The notes under the pieces: generated by a model | What the model was told of the DNA's origin: nothing | The model's input: the letters and a program-made list of their open reading frames with translations, nothing else | Database searches by the model: none | Translations under genes and position numbers: made by a program | Assembly: GCA_005222975.1 (NCBI GenBank) | Contig: NJBI01000065.1 | Span: forward strand, 1-16,208 | Source of the DNA: Promethearchaeota archaeon Loki_b31 | Lineage (GTDB): Archaea; Asgardarchaeota; Lokiarchaeia; Sigyniarchaeales; SOKP01 | Reading direction: 5' to 3' | Length of the DNA stretch: 16,208 nucleotides | Shown: piece after piece, positions 8,696 to 16,208 of the stretch | How the letters are laid out: each line of letters opens with the position of its first letter | How positions within the stretch are numbered: the first letter of the stretch is position 1

Positions 8696-9216
8696 GGTCG
8701 GGGTAAAATTGCTATTAATAAATAGTAATGCCTATAGGCAAGACCACTGCAGCTTTAGGACAAGGCCTTCGGGCTACAGGTCATGGTTTTAAAGTATTTA
8801 TGATTCAATTTATGAAAGGATACCCTCAATATGGGGAAGTTATGGCTGTAAAAGGAATTCAAAATTTCGAATTGAAACAGTTTGGAACGCCAGATTTAAT
8901 CGCAACTCCCGGAGAAATTGACTTTGAAGAAGGAAAAAAAGGTATGGCGTTTGCTGAGAAGGTGATTATGAGCGATGATTACGATGTCGTTATTCTTGAT
9001 GAAATTGGTGTTGCAGTCGAATATGGAATTGTAAATGTTGACGATGTATTAAAATTGATTGATAATAAACCTGAAAAAGTTGAATTAATTATGACTGGTG
9101 GACCTAAGATGCATCCTAAAATTAAGGAGCGCGCAGATTTGATCACTGAAATGAGAATGATTAAACACTACTACGCTTCAAAAGGGATTAAAGCTCGTCT
9201 TGGCATTGAATATTAA
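8648..9216 (+). CDS. cobO: Cob(I)alamin/cob(I)yrinate diamide adenosyltransferase, interrupted: join(8648..8706,8736..9216), 179 aa
   Basis: Upstream segment MVERKRLNVGLVQVYFGRGK plus downstream GKTTAALG...IQFMKG...ILDEI...ELIMTG...ADLITEM..IKHYY..GIKARLGIEY gives a full CobO/BtuR. The ORF-track start at 8728 lacks half of the P-loop. Confidence 0.92.
8707..8735 (+). other. Candidate 29-nt bulge-helix-bulge/loop (archaeal tRNA-type) intron in cobO mRNA
   Basis: 4-bp helix GGGU(8701-04)/GCCU(8730-33), 3-nt bulges AAA(8705-07) and AUA(8734-36), 9-bp inner stem 8708-16/8721-29. Removal restores GRGKGKTT in frame. Confidence 0.72.
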
Positions 9217-9236
9217 GAAAAGAAGAAGAATTAATA

Positions 9237-10397
9237 ATGGGCGTTATAAAGAAATTATCGTCAGCGTTTATAAAGCTGTATAATGTAAAGATAAAAGATG
9301 TCGTTGTAGATCACCACAAATATCTTGGTAAAAGAAATAATTCGCTAAAAATTTACGAATCTTCGCCTAAAAATATGATTTTCTCACCATTTAACATAAC
9401 TACTGATCATATAGATCGTTTAATACTAATTAATTTCGAAGAAGACCCTATTTATTACGCAATTGAACTCCAGATTTTTTGTATAGCTGGTGAAAAATTG
9501 CCTATGGTGATTATGTACAGAAAAGATGACTTGATAGACATCTATTATACCAATGAAGCAATTATCGAATATAGAAAGAAATTGATTGAGAATTTATTAA
9601 CTAATGTTTCGTTTAATCAACTTGAAGAAATTGATTTTAGATTTCAAACAGACGATATGGGTTTAGACGCTTATCTGTTTTTGAAAGACAAGTTAGAAAA
9701 AAATATCGAATTTAAAATTAAGGAAAATACGCCTGGAAGAGAATTAACTGCGATGTTAACTCCAATCGGTGCCGCTAGCAAAAAGCCACAGTATTTTCCA
9801 ATAGTATATCTCAATAAATTTGGAATGGTAATAAAGAAAGACACAGAAATTTTTATAAATATTCATGGAGTTTTGAGAAAACCCGTTGAAATGCCATTCC
9901 GAATGAACGGGATGTATATTTATTTAGCGCGATATTCTTTGGAACCGATTATCAGTAATTGGAATAATGCCTATAGTGGGTGTTTAAATTCAATATTAAT
10001 AGATCCCGCTAATATAGATGTAAAAAATGAGAATTTATCATACAAAATTTTAAACAATGGTGGTTATTACGAAATAAAAAAGATTTCGGGAAAAGATGAG
10101 TTTGGTCATACTATCTCTTTTGAATTTTCTCCCGCAATCCCTAATTTAATTACCCTCAAAAGTAACGTGAATATTAAAGGTAAATTCTCTTGTTGTATTG
10201 ACGATAGAAAGGGTATATTTGCCGGGGAATTCTATATTAATCGTGTAGGCGATATAATTTCATTTAGCATTCAACCAATAAAAGGATGGCAACCGTTTCC
10301 AGGAAAAATATGGCTTAAAACTTATAAATGGAATGCAGATATAGATATTCTTGAAAAGAATAATATAAGAATTCAATCAAATTGGTATAGAATTTAA
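9237..10397 (+). CDS. Hypothetical protein (386 aa)
   Basis: Long ORF 20 nt downstream of cobO. No motif recognised. Confidence 0.8.
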   Translation: MGVIKKLSSAFIKLYNVKIKDVVVDHHKYLGKRNNSLKIYESSPKNMIFSPFNITTDHIDRLILINFEEDPIYYAIELQIFCIAGEKLPMVIMYRKDDLIDIYYTNEAIIEYRKKLIENLLTNVSFNQLEEIDFRFQTDDMGLDAYLFLKDKLEKNIEFKIKENTPGRELTAMLTPIGAASKKPQYFPIVYLNKFGMVIKKDTEIFINIHGVLRKPVEMPFRMNGMYIYLARYSLEPIISNWNNAYSGCLNSILIDPANIDVKNENLSYKILNNGGYYEIKKISGKDEFGHTISFEFSPAIPNLITLKSNVNIKGKFSCCIDDRKGIFAGEFYINRVGDIISFSIQPIKGWQPFPGKIWLKTYKWNADIDILEKNNIRIQSNWYRI

Positions 10398-10462
10398 ATT
10401 GGGATTAACATAATTTTTCATTATGTTTTTCTTTTAATAACACACCGAAAGTGGTAACTACT

Positions 10463-10828
10463 ATGAATAGTAAAAGTATTGATAAAAATTCTAAATTAAT
10501 AGCTGTATGTGGTCTGAACTGTGATGAATGCAAAATTTATCTTGCTCCAAAGAATCACGAAATTGCTAAAAGATTAGTTAAACGATTTGATGGCATGTGG
10601 GAGGATGTAAAAGTCACTGATTTTCATTGTAGCACTTGTAGAGGGGATCAAGCAAAATATTGGACAGAAGAATGTTGGATTCGGGACTGTTGTGTAATTA
10701 ATAAGAAATTAGAATTTTGTTATGAGTGCAAAGAATTCCCATGTATTAAATTAATAGAATGGTCAAAAAAGAGCGAAAATTACGCTAAAGCATTACAAAA
10801 CCTTAACTATATGAAAAAAAATATATAG
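10463..10828 (+). CDS. DUF3795 family Cys-rich protein
   Basis: CGLNCxxC, CxxCR, CxIRxCC, CxxCxxFPC. ATG 10463 is preferred over GTG 10451 because GTGGT can act as its SD. Confidence 0.85.
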   Translation: MNSKSIDKNSKLIAVCGLNCDECKIYLAPKNHEIAKRLVKRFDGMWEDVKVTDFHCSTCRGDQAKYWTEECWIRDCCVINKKLEFCYECKEFPCIKLIEWSKKSENYAKALQNLNYMKKNI

Positions 10829-10854
10829 ATTTAGTAGAAATTAATAATTTATTG

Positions 10855-11298
10855 TTAATTTAATAGTAAAACGACAGCTTCACCATCAGTGACAAGATCT
10901 TCGTTTTGATTATAAACCTTGGTATCACATCTAATGAACTTTAGCTTTCCGTCTTTTTTAGTAAATTTTTCCTTGACTGTAGCTACGGCCGTTAATTTAT
11001 CGCCAAAAAATACGGGTTTAATGAATCTAACGGTTTGTTCACCATAAAGTATACCTGGACCAAATAACTCTACGCCTAGCGATGCTGAAATTAAACCAAC
11101 ACTAATAACTCCGTGAGCAACTTGTTTCCCAAACATTTGAGTTTTCGCATATTCCGGATTCACATGTATAGGGTTGTAATCACCAGAAACTTCTGCAAAT
11201 TTCATAACATCTTCTTCAGTGATCGTTTTTGTGAATTTCGCAGAATCCCCTACCTTATAATCATCAAATTTAACTGGTTCTAAATTTGAATTCGTCAT
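10855..11298 (-). CDS. MaoC/PhaJ-like (R)-specific enoyl-CoA hydratase
   Basis: FAEVSGDYNPIH (Asp-His dyad), AHG, FIKPVFFGD hot-dog fold motifs. Confidence 0.92.
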   Translation of the reverse strand: MTNSNLEPVKFDDYKVGDSAKFTKTITEEDVMKFAEVSGDYNPIHVNPEYAKTQMFGKQVAHGVISVGLISASLGVELFGPGILYGEQTVRFIKPVFFGDKLTAVATVKEKFTKKDGKLKFIRCDTKVYNQNEDLVTDGEAVVLLLN

Positions 11299-11425
11299 AA
11301 TTATAAATTAATGAAAAAATAGATAAAAACATTAATGTTCCAATTTTATAAGAATAAAAAATTTAATTTCTTAATAATTCAATTTAATAAAAAATAGTTA
11401 ATTATAAAAAAAGTGAAAAAAAAAA

Positions 11426-12685
11426 ATGAATAAATTAGCGAGAAAAGTCGCTTTAGTTGGAGCAGGTATGTGTAAGTTTGGAAGAAATTTTCCATTTCAA
11501 CGAAATCCCGATATGTGGGTTGAAGCGTGGTTAAATGCTGTCAAGACCGTAGATAATGGTATTGAACCTAAAGATATTGACGCGTGCTATGTCGGTAATT
11601 ATTCTTCAGATTTATTTAACCATCAAGGACATTTAGGTCCTCAGATGGCAAATCTGGTTGGACTCACTCCAAAACCTGCACCTAGATTTGAAGGTGCGTG
11701 TGCTAGCAGTGGCATTGCCTTAAGACAAGCGGTTATTGCTATTGCCTCAGGCGTACATGATGTAATTGCAGTAAGCGGAGTGGAATGTATGACGGAAGTA
11801 TCAACAACTTTAGTCACAGACACTTTAGCTACAGCCTCCGATTCTATTTTCGAATATCCCGCAGGGGCAACATTTCCAGGGCTTTATGCGGCAATTGCTT
11901 CGGCACATTTCCATAAATATGGAACTACAGCGGAAGATTTGATGAGAGTTGGAATAAAAAACCATGAAAATGGTAGAGAAAATCCCTTTGCTCAAATGCA
12001 ACAATCAATAAAAGAAATGATTGTCAGTAAAAAAGCTAGATATAAAGAACAAGGTAGAGATATTCCCGATTGGAAAGATGAATTTGACTTTCTTAAAAGT
12101 TCTTCGAACCCAATGATAGCATCTCCTTTAAGATTATTTGATTGTTCTTTGATTACAGATGGCGCAGCATGTCTATTTCTAGCGGCCGGCGATGTAGCAA
12201 AGAGATTTACTGATACTCCAATTTGGATAACAGGGACGGGTCAAGGAAGTGCTGCTTTATCATTACATGATAGAGATGATCTAACGAGTTTTATAGCTAC
12301 AAGAGAAGCAGCAAGGCAAGCGTACGAAATGTCCGGTCTGAAACCAAAAGATATTCAAATCTGTGAGGTACACGATTGTTTTACTATAGCTGAAATTGTT
12401 GCTATTGAAGACCTAGGTTTTTACGAGAAAGGTAAAGCTGTTGAAGCTATAAAAAATGGAGAAACTAAACTAGATGGAAGACTCCCAATTAACACTTCTG
12501 GTGGACTTAAGTCAAAAGGACATCCAGTAGGAGCTACAGGGGCAGCTCATGCTGTAGAAACTTTTAAACAGATGCGAGGTATTGCTGAGAGAAACAGACA
12601 AGTAAAATTTGATGTTGAAAGAGCTATGACACACAATTTAGGTGGATCTGGTGGTACATGCGTGGTTCATATTTATGAAAAATAG
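11426..12685 (+). CDS. SCP2-type (archaeal) thiolase / acetyl-CoA acyltransferase
   Basis: EGACASS (catalytic Cys92), DCSLITDGAA, EVHDCF, NTSGGLKSKGHPVGATG, HNLGG. Confidence 0.95.
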   Translation: MNKLARKVALVGAGMCKFGRNFPFQRNPDMWVEAWLNAVKTVDNGIEPKDIDACYVGNYSSDLFNHQGHLGPQMANLVGLTPKPAPRFEGACASSGIALRQAVIAIASGVHDVIAVSGVECMTEVSTTLVTDTLATASDSIFEYPAGATFPGLYAAIASAHFHKYGTTAEDLMRVGIKNHENGRENPFAQMQQSIKEMIVSKKARYKEQGRDIPDWKDEFDFLKSSSNPMIASPLRLFDCSLITDGAACLFLAAGDVAKRFTDTPIWITGTGQGSAALSLHDRDDLTSFIATREAARQAYEMSGLKPKDIQICEVHDCFTIAEIVAIEDLGFYEKGKAVEAIKNGETKLDGRLPINTSGGLKSKGHPVGATGAAHAVETFKQMRGIAERNRQVKFDVERAMTHNLGGSGGTCVVHIYEK

Positions 12686-12699
12686 AGGTGAAAAGAAAA

Positions 12700-13122
12700 A
12701 TGACAGAAGCAGATAAAGATTTTACAATAGAAAGTTATTTGGATTATATTCGTAATAAAAAATTGATGGGTTCAAGATGCAAAGATTGTGGCGAACAATA
12801 TGTACCTGTTAGAAGATTATGCATAAAATGTAATTCAACTAATATGGAATGGGTTGAGATGTCAGGAAAAGGTAAAATTGCTGCCTTTACATGCATTACT
12901 GTAGGTACACCTTTTTTTGTAGAGAAAGGCTACGATAGAAATAAACCATATTGTTTTTCGGTTATTAAGCTTGACGAAGGACCAATGGTTAGTGGTCAAT
13001 TAGTAGGTGTAGATGAAAGTAAACCAGAAACAATTAGCGTTGGTATGCCAGTAAAAGTCAGATTTTTAGAGACGGAAATGAAAGGTGAAACAAAAATAGA
13101 TTTAGGTTTTGAACCACTCTAA
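12700..13122 (+). CDS. DUF35 Zn-ribbon/OB-fold thiolase partner
   Basis: CxxCG...CxxC, SGKGKI, LDEGP, VGMPV, directly after the thiolase. The track's GTG at 12688 lies within an SD (GAGGTGA), so ATG 12700 is the likelier start. Confidence 0.92.
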   Translation: MTEADKDFTIESYLDYIRNKKLMGSRCKDCGEQYVPVRRLCIKCNSTNMEWVEMSGKGKIAAFTCITVGTPFFVEKGYDRNKPYCFSVIKLDEGPMVSGQLVGVDESKPETISVGMPVKVRFLETEMKGETKIDLGFEPL

Positions 13123-13174
13123 ACAAAATAAATATATTTTTTATTTTTAATTTTTATTAATAATATAAAGTCAT

Positions 13175-14359
13175 TTGAATGTATCTTATTATTGGTGGAT
13201 TCTTATAAAAAAATTTCACAAACTAATCTTAATTATATCGATTGTGCTAATCGTGGTAATACCGATTACGATCTCAATTATTTTTTTATCGAATAGTAAT
13301 ACATTCACAAATTTAGATGTTGATTTATATTTTAACGGTGATAATGCGTATACATATGTAGAAGATCAGTTAAATATTAATACAACGCATTATAGAAAAC
13401 CTGGAACTCAAGGTAGAGAAGATTGTGCTAAATATTTCGTCTCAAAATTTCAAGAAATCGATCCTTCGATAAACTACACTCTTCATAACTTTACAATTCA
13501 TTCGGTAGACTGCCAAAATGTATTGTTTAAAATGAACGAAAACTTTACAAATATTTTGATTTTAGGCGCTCATTACGACTCAAGAGCGAGAGCCACAAAA
13601 GATAGCGTAAATCAGAACTCACCCGTTCCAGGAGCCAACGATGGTGCTAGTGGTAGCGCTGTTTTAATAGAACTTGCTAAAGTTTTATATAACAGAAGAC
13701 AAAATCTGTCTGTACAAATTTGGTTTTTGTTTTTTGATGCGGAAGATCAAGGTTATGATTATAGCCATGGAATTTTAGGTTGGGACTGGTGCGAAGGATC
13801 TACAAAATTTGTACAAGACATTGAAGACTTTTATAATTCTTCTGAAGAGCATTTTGATGCGATGATATTATTAGATATGGTTGGCGGAGCAAATTTAAAA
13901 TTTATTAGCGAACAACATTCAACCTCCTCACTTTTAAATGAACTGTTCGAGACTGGAAGGCAATTGGGATATACAAGCGCGTTTCCTTCTGATCCAATAA
14001 TCAATTCCATTACTGATGATCATGTGCCATTTGTAAGTTATGGAATTCCCTCAGCAGATTTAATCATTAACTTTTGGGATAACCCCGCTTGGCCTTACCA
14101 TCACACGACCGAAGATATTATGTCTCATATTTCAAATTATAGTCTCGAAGTAACGGGAAAAACAGTAGAACAATTTATTTATAATAATTACTTAGAAACT
14201 AACGACCAATTTCAAGGAAATTTTCCGTGGAACGACGATTTTAACCTTCCTGATTCTGATTTATTGACTTTAATTATGATTTTTTTACCAATCATCGGTA
14301 TAGCATCTGTTTTATTAATCGTTCGTTCAAGGTTGATTAAATCGAAAAATTCAACCTAA
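13175..14359 (+). CDS. Membrane-anchored M28-family Zn enzyme (glutaminyl-cyclase-like)
   Basis: GAHYDSR, GANDGASG, FFDAED, LDMVG, DDHVPF, YHHT. Hydrophobic helices at both termini. The start codon is uncertain. Confidence 0.88.
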   Translation: MNVSYYWWILIKKFHKLILIISIVLIVVIPITISIIFLSNSNTFTNLDVDLYFNGDNAYTYVEDQLNINTTHYRKPGTQGREDCAKYFVSKFQEIDPSINYTLHNFTIHSVDCQNVLFKMNENFTNILILGAHYDSRARATKDSVNQNSPVPGANDGASGSAVLIELAKVLYNRRQNLSVQIWFLFFDAEDQGYDYSHGILGWDWCEGSTKFVQDIEDFYNSSEEHFDAMILLDMVGGANLKFISEQHSTSSLLNELFETGRQLGYTSAFPSDPIINSITDDHVPFVSYGIPSADLIINFWDNPAWPYHHTTEDIMSHISNYSLEVTGKTVEQFIYNNYLETNDQFQGNFPWNDDFNLPDSDLLTLIMIFLPIIGIASVLLIVRSRLIKSKNST

Positions 14360-14373
14360 ACGAATATTACATT

Positions 14374-14994
14374 TTATTTCTTTTTTCCTAAGATTGCACG
14401 ATGATTGGTTTTGTCTATATATATTTCTAACAATTCAAAAGCGCTAAAAACACGTTTTAGTTCTGCTATTGTAAAGAAATGATGAGGAAGCCCCTTCTCT
14501 GGACCAGATTGAGGAATATAGGTTCTTTTTTCGACTTTTTTCAATTCCCACTTATTTACGTTGAAAGCTTGAAGAAAAGGAACTGTGATAAAAATAAATC
14601 CTTTTGGTTTTAAAACTCGCTCAATTTCTTTAACGGAAAAGAGTATCTCTTTCATTAAATTATGATGAATTACTTGAATTGAGATAATTACATCAAAAAA
14701 ATCATTCTCATAAGGAAATTCTTGATCAATTCTCTGATGCGTTAGTTTTGCTGATAGTTTTTCTTCGTCTAACCAATTTTTAGCAATCTCTAAACCTTTT
14801 GGCGATCCATCGAGACCGTAAACATCAAACCCTTTCTTTGAGAAAAACAATAGATGCCGGCCGGTTCCACATCCTAAGTCTAAAACTCGCTGAATGCCAC
14901 TTTCCTTAAAGATTTTGGTTAATCTTTCCATATCTTGATGTGGATTTGTAAAAACTTTACCTCGTTTTGTGAATATATCGTCCCAGTCAGGCAT
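14374..14994 (-). CDS. Class I SAM-dependent methyltransferase
   Basis: VLDLGCGTGRH, GLDGS, FDVIIS..VIHH, RVLKPKG. Confidence 0.92.
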   Translation of the reverse strand: MPDWDDIFTKRGKVFTNPHQDMERLTKIFKESGIQRVLDLGCGTGRHLLFFSKKGFDVYGLDGSPKGLEIAKNWLDEEKLSAKLTHQRIDQEFPYENDFFDVIISIQVIHHNLMKEILFSVKEIERVLKPKGFIFITVPFLQAFNVNKWELKKVEKRTYIPQSGPEKGLPHHFFTIAELKRVFSAFELLEIYIDKTNHRAILGKKK

Positions 14995-15040
14995 ATCAAT
15001 ACTTAAGTAATTAAATTCTCAAAAGAAAAAAAAATATTAT

Positions 15041-16000
15041 TTAATGTTCACATATATAGAAGTATCTTCCATACTTCTCTTTAAATGCTTCTGCGACTTC
15101 GTCTATTTTGGGACGAATAAATTCATAGCCGTCTTTAATACTTTCATATGTAATTGGAAGGGTTCCTAAAACCTCACCGTCAACTTGACACACGTAAGGT
15201 TCATCTTCAGGATTTTTCATTTCAACTCTCACTTTTTTGCTTTGATATTCAGAAATATTAGGATGGGGTAAAAGCGATGCGTTATACATCCTTTTAAATT
15301 GAAGAAGAAGTTTAAATTTTCCAATATTTACTACGCTTATATCAAATAACCCATCATCAACCTTTGCTCTTTGACATACATACATTCCGCCCCCATAAGC
15401 TCCTCCATTACCTACTGCAGCCAAGTTTGCCATTCCTTCGTAAATATCGTTATCCATCGTGACCCTTATCTCTCTATTTTTCCACGAGAATAATGTTTTT
15501 AGAATAATAGCATTATAATTTTTATCTTTATTTTCATTTGATCTCCTAGCCACCTCACCGTCAAATCCCTGACTTCCAATGCCCAGAAAGTACCGCTCCA
15601 CTCCTTCGTCCGTTTTGGCGAACCCAATATCTGATTTACTAGTATGATTTTCTGCTATAATTTCGCATGCTCTTTTAATGTCAGGTGTGATTCCAATTGC
15701 CGCAGGGATGTCGTTTCCAGAACCCATTGGGATAAAACCGCATAAAGCTCCTGAATTAGAGCTAATAACTCCGTGAAAAATTTCATTACAAGTTCCATCT
15801 CCGCCAGCTCCAATGACTCGATATCCTTCTTTTGCTAACTGGTTAGCCAGATTAATAGCATGTCCTGCAAATTCTGTTTTGAATAACTTGTAAGAAATCT
15901 TAAAATCATCTAAACACTTTTTTGCATATTCTATGTCTTTCTCGGTCTGTTTTGGTTTTCCAGCAATAGGATTATAAATTATTGCATAATTTGCTTCCAT
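15041..16000 (-). CDS. Diacylglycerol/lipid kinase family protein (YegS/DgkB-like)
   Basis: NPIAG, GGDGT..E, PMGSGND, GFDG, YGGG, DDGLFD, VDGE. ATG at 16000 is preferred to GTG at 16009. Confidence 0.92.
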   Translation of the reverse strand: MEANYAIIYNPIAGKPKQTEKDIEYAKKCLDDFKISYKLFKTEFAGHAINLANQLAKEGYRVIGAGGDGTCNEIFHGVISSNSGALCGFIPMGSGNDIPAAIGITPDIKRACEIIAENHTSKSDIGFAKTDEGVERYFLGIGSQGFDGEVARRSNENKDKNYNAIILKTLFSWKNREIRVTMDNDIYEGMANLAAVGNGGAYGGGMYVCQRAKVDDGLFDISVVNIGKFKLLLQFKRMYNASLLPHPNISEYQSKKVRVEMKNPEDEPYVCQVDGEVLGTLPITYESIKDGYEFIRPKIDEVAEAFKEKYGRYFYICEH

Positions 16001-16082
16001 AATTAACACATTTATTTTTTAATAAAAGAAAGTCAATTTTTTATTTTAATTTAATTTTAAACATCGAACTATTTAAAACTTC

Positions 16083-16208
16083 TAGTACATAATTCACTTA
16101 ATTCGGTTTATTTTTAATCTTGAATTTTACCTCTGCTTGTTTTCTGCTAAATTTCCAATTTATTCCAATTTTTTCCCTATTTCGTTCATGTACCCAAGCT
16201 TGGACCTC
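16083..16208 (-). mobile_element. Downstream end of an IS630-family-like insertion sequence (partial)
   Basis: A transposase-like C-terminus followed 12 nt later by CTAG (TA at 16083-84), consistent with the IS630 TA target dinucleotide. Confidence 0.7.
16098..16208 (-). CDS. IS630-family transposase C-terminus (partial)
   Basis: EVQAWVHERNREKIGINWKFSRKQAEVKFKIKNKPN* matches the E-x-x-A-W-x3-R-N-x5-I-x-W-x-F-[TS]-x3-A-x-x-K tail I recall for IS630 transposases. Confidence 0.72.
   Translation of the reverse strand, partial: EVQAWVHERNREKIGINWKFSRKQAEVKFKIKNKPN

Noticed and set aside
8702-8739. Programmed ribosomal frameshift or hop as the explanation for split cobO
   Set aside because: A simple frameshift would leave about 10 extra residues in the P-loop. 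A hop lacks identical take-off and landing codons at the positions that would restore GKGKTT.
8728-9216. ORF-track call of a 162-aa CobO starting MPIGKTT
   Set aside because: It lacks the first beta strand and half of the P-loop, which are encoded in another frame at 8648-8707. The ATG lies inside the insert.
11641-11823. 60-aa minus-strand ORF
   Set aside because: Antisense shadow inside the thiolase gene.
11426-13122. Ltp2-type aldolase assignment for the thiolase/DUF35 pair
   Set aside because: The protein retains the nucleophilic Cys (ACAS), HDCF and GHP motifs of an active SCP2-type thiolase.
1-16208. tRNA, rRNA or CRISPR array
   Set aside because: No GC-rich structured RNA segment or regularly spaced repeats were seen in the intergenic regions.

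Overview
An AT-rich, gene-dense metabolic region. Gene repertoire and signals (SCP2-type thiolase + DUF35, DUF169, DUF3795, GGAGGTGA-type Shine-Dalgarno sites, oligo-T terminators) suggest an anaerobic archaeon, plausibly Asgard/Lokiarchaeia (inference only). It encodes a type-B carboxylesterase, a nitroreductase, a two-subunit CoA-transferase-fold enzyme, DUF169, an old-yellow-enzyme oxidoreductase, a frameshifted 4Fe-4S protein, cob(I)alamin adenosyltransferase, a MaoC hydratase, thiolase/DUF35, an M28 enzyme, a methyltransferase and a diacylglycerol-kinase-family protein, and ends in the tail of an IS630-like element. The top finding is that cobO/btuR is split inside its P-loop by a 29-nt stop-containing insertion. 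The insertion folds as an archaeal bulge-helix-bulge(-like) motif, and cutting at the canonical splicing-endonuclease positions restores the frame and the GxGKGKTT motif exactly, making it a candidate tRNA-type intron in an mRNA. Also noted: an unannotated 32-aa membrane protein with a very strong SD, and a CoA-transferase fold with an IpdAB-like rather than GctAB-like active site.
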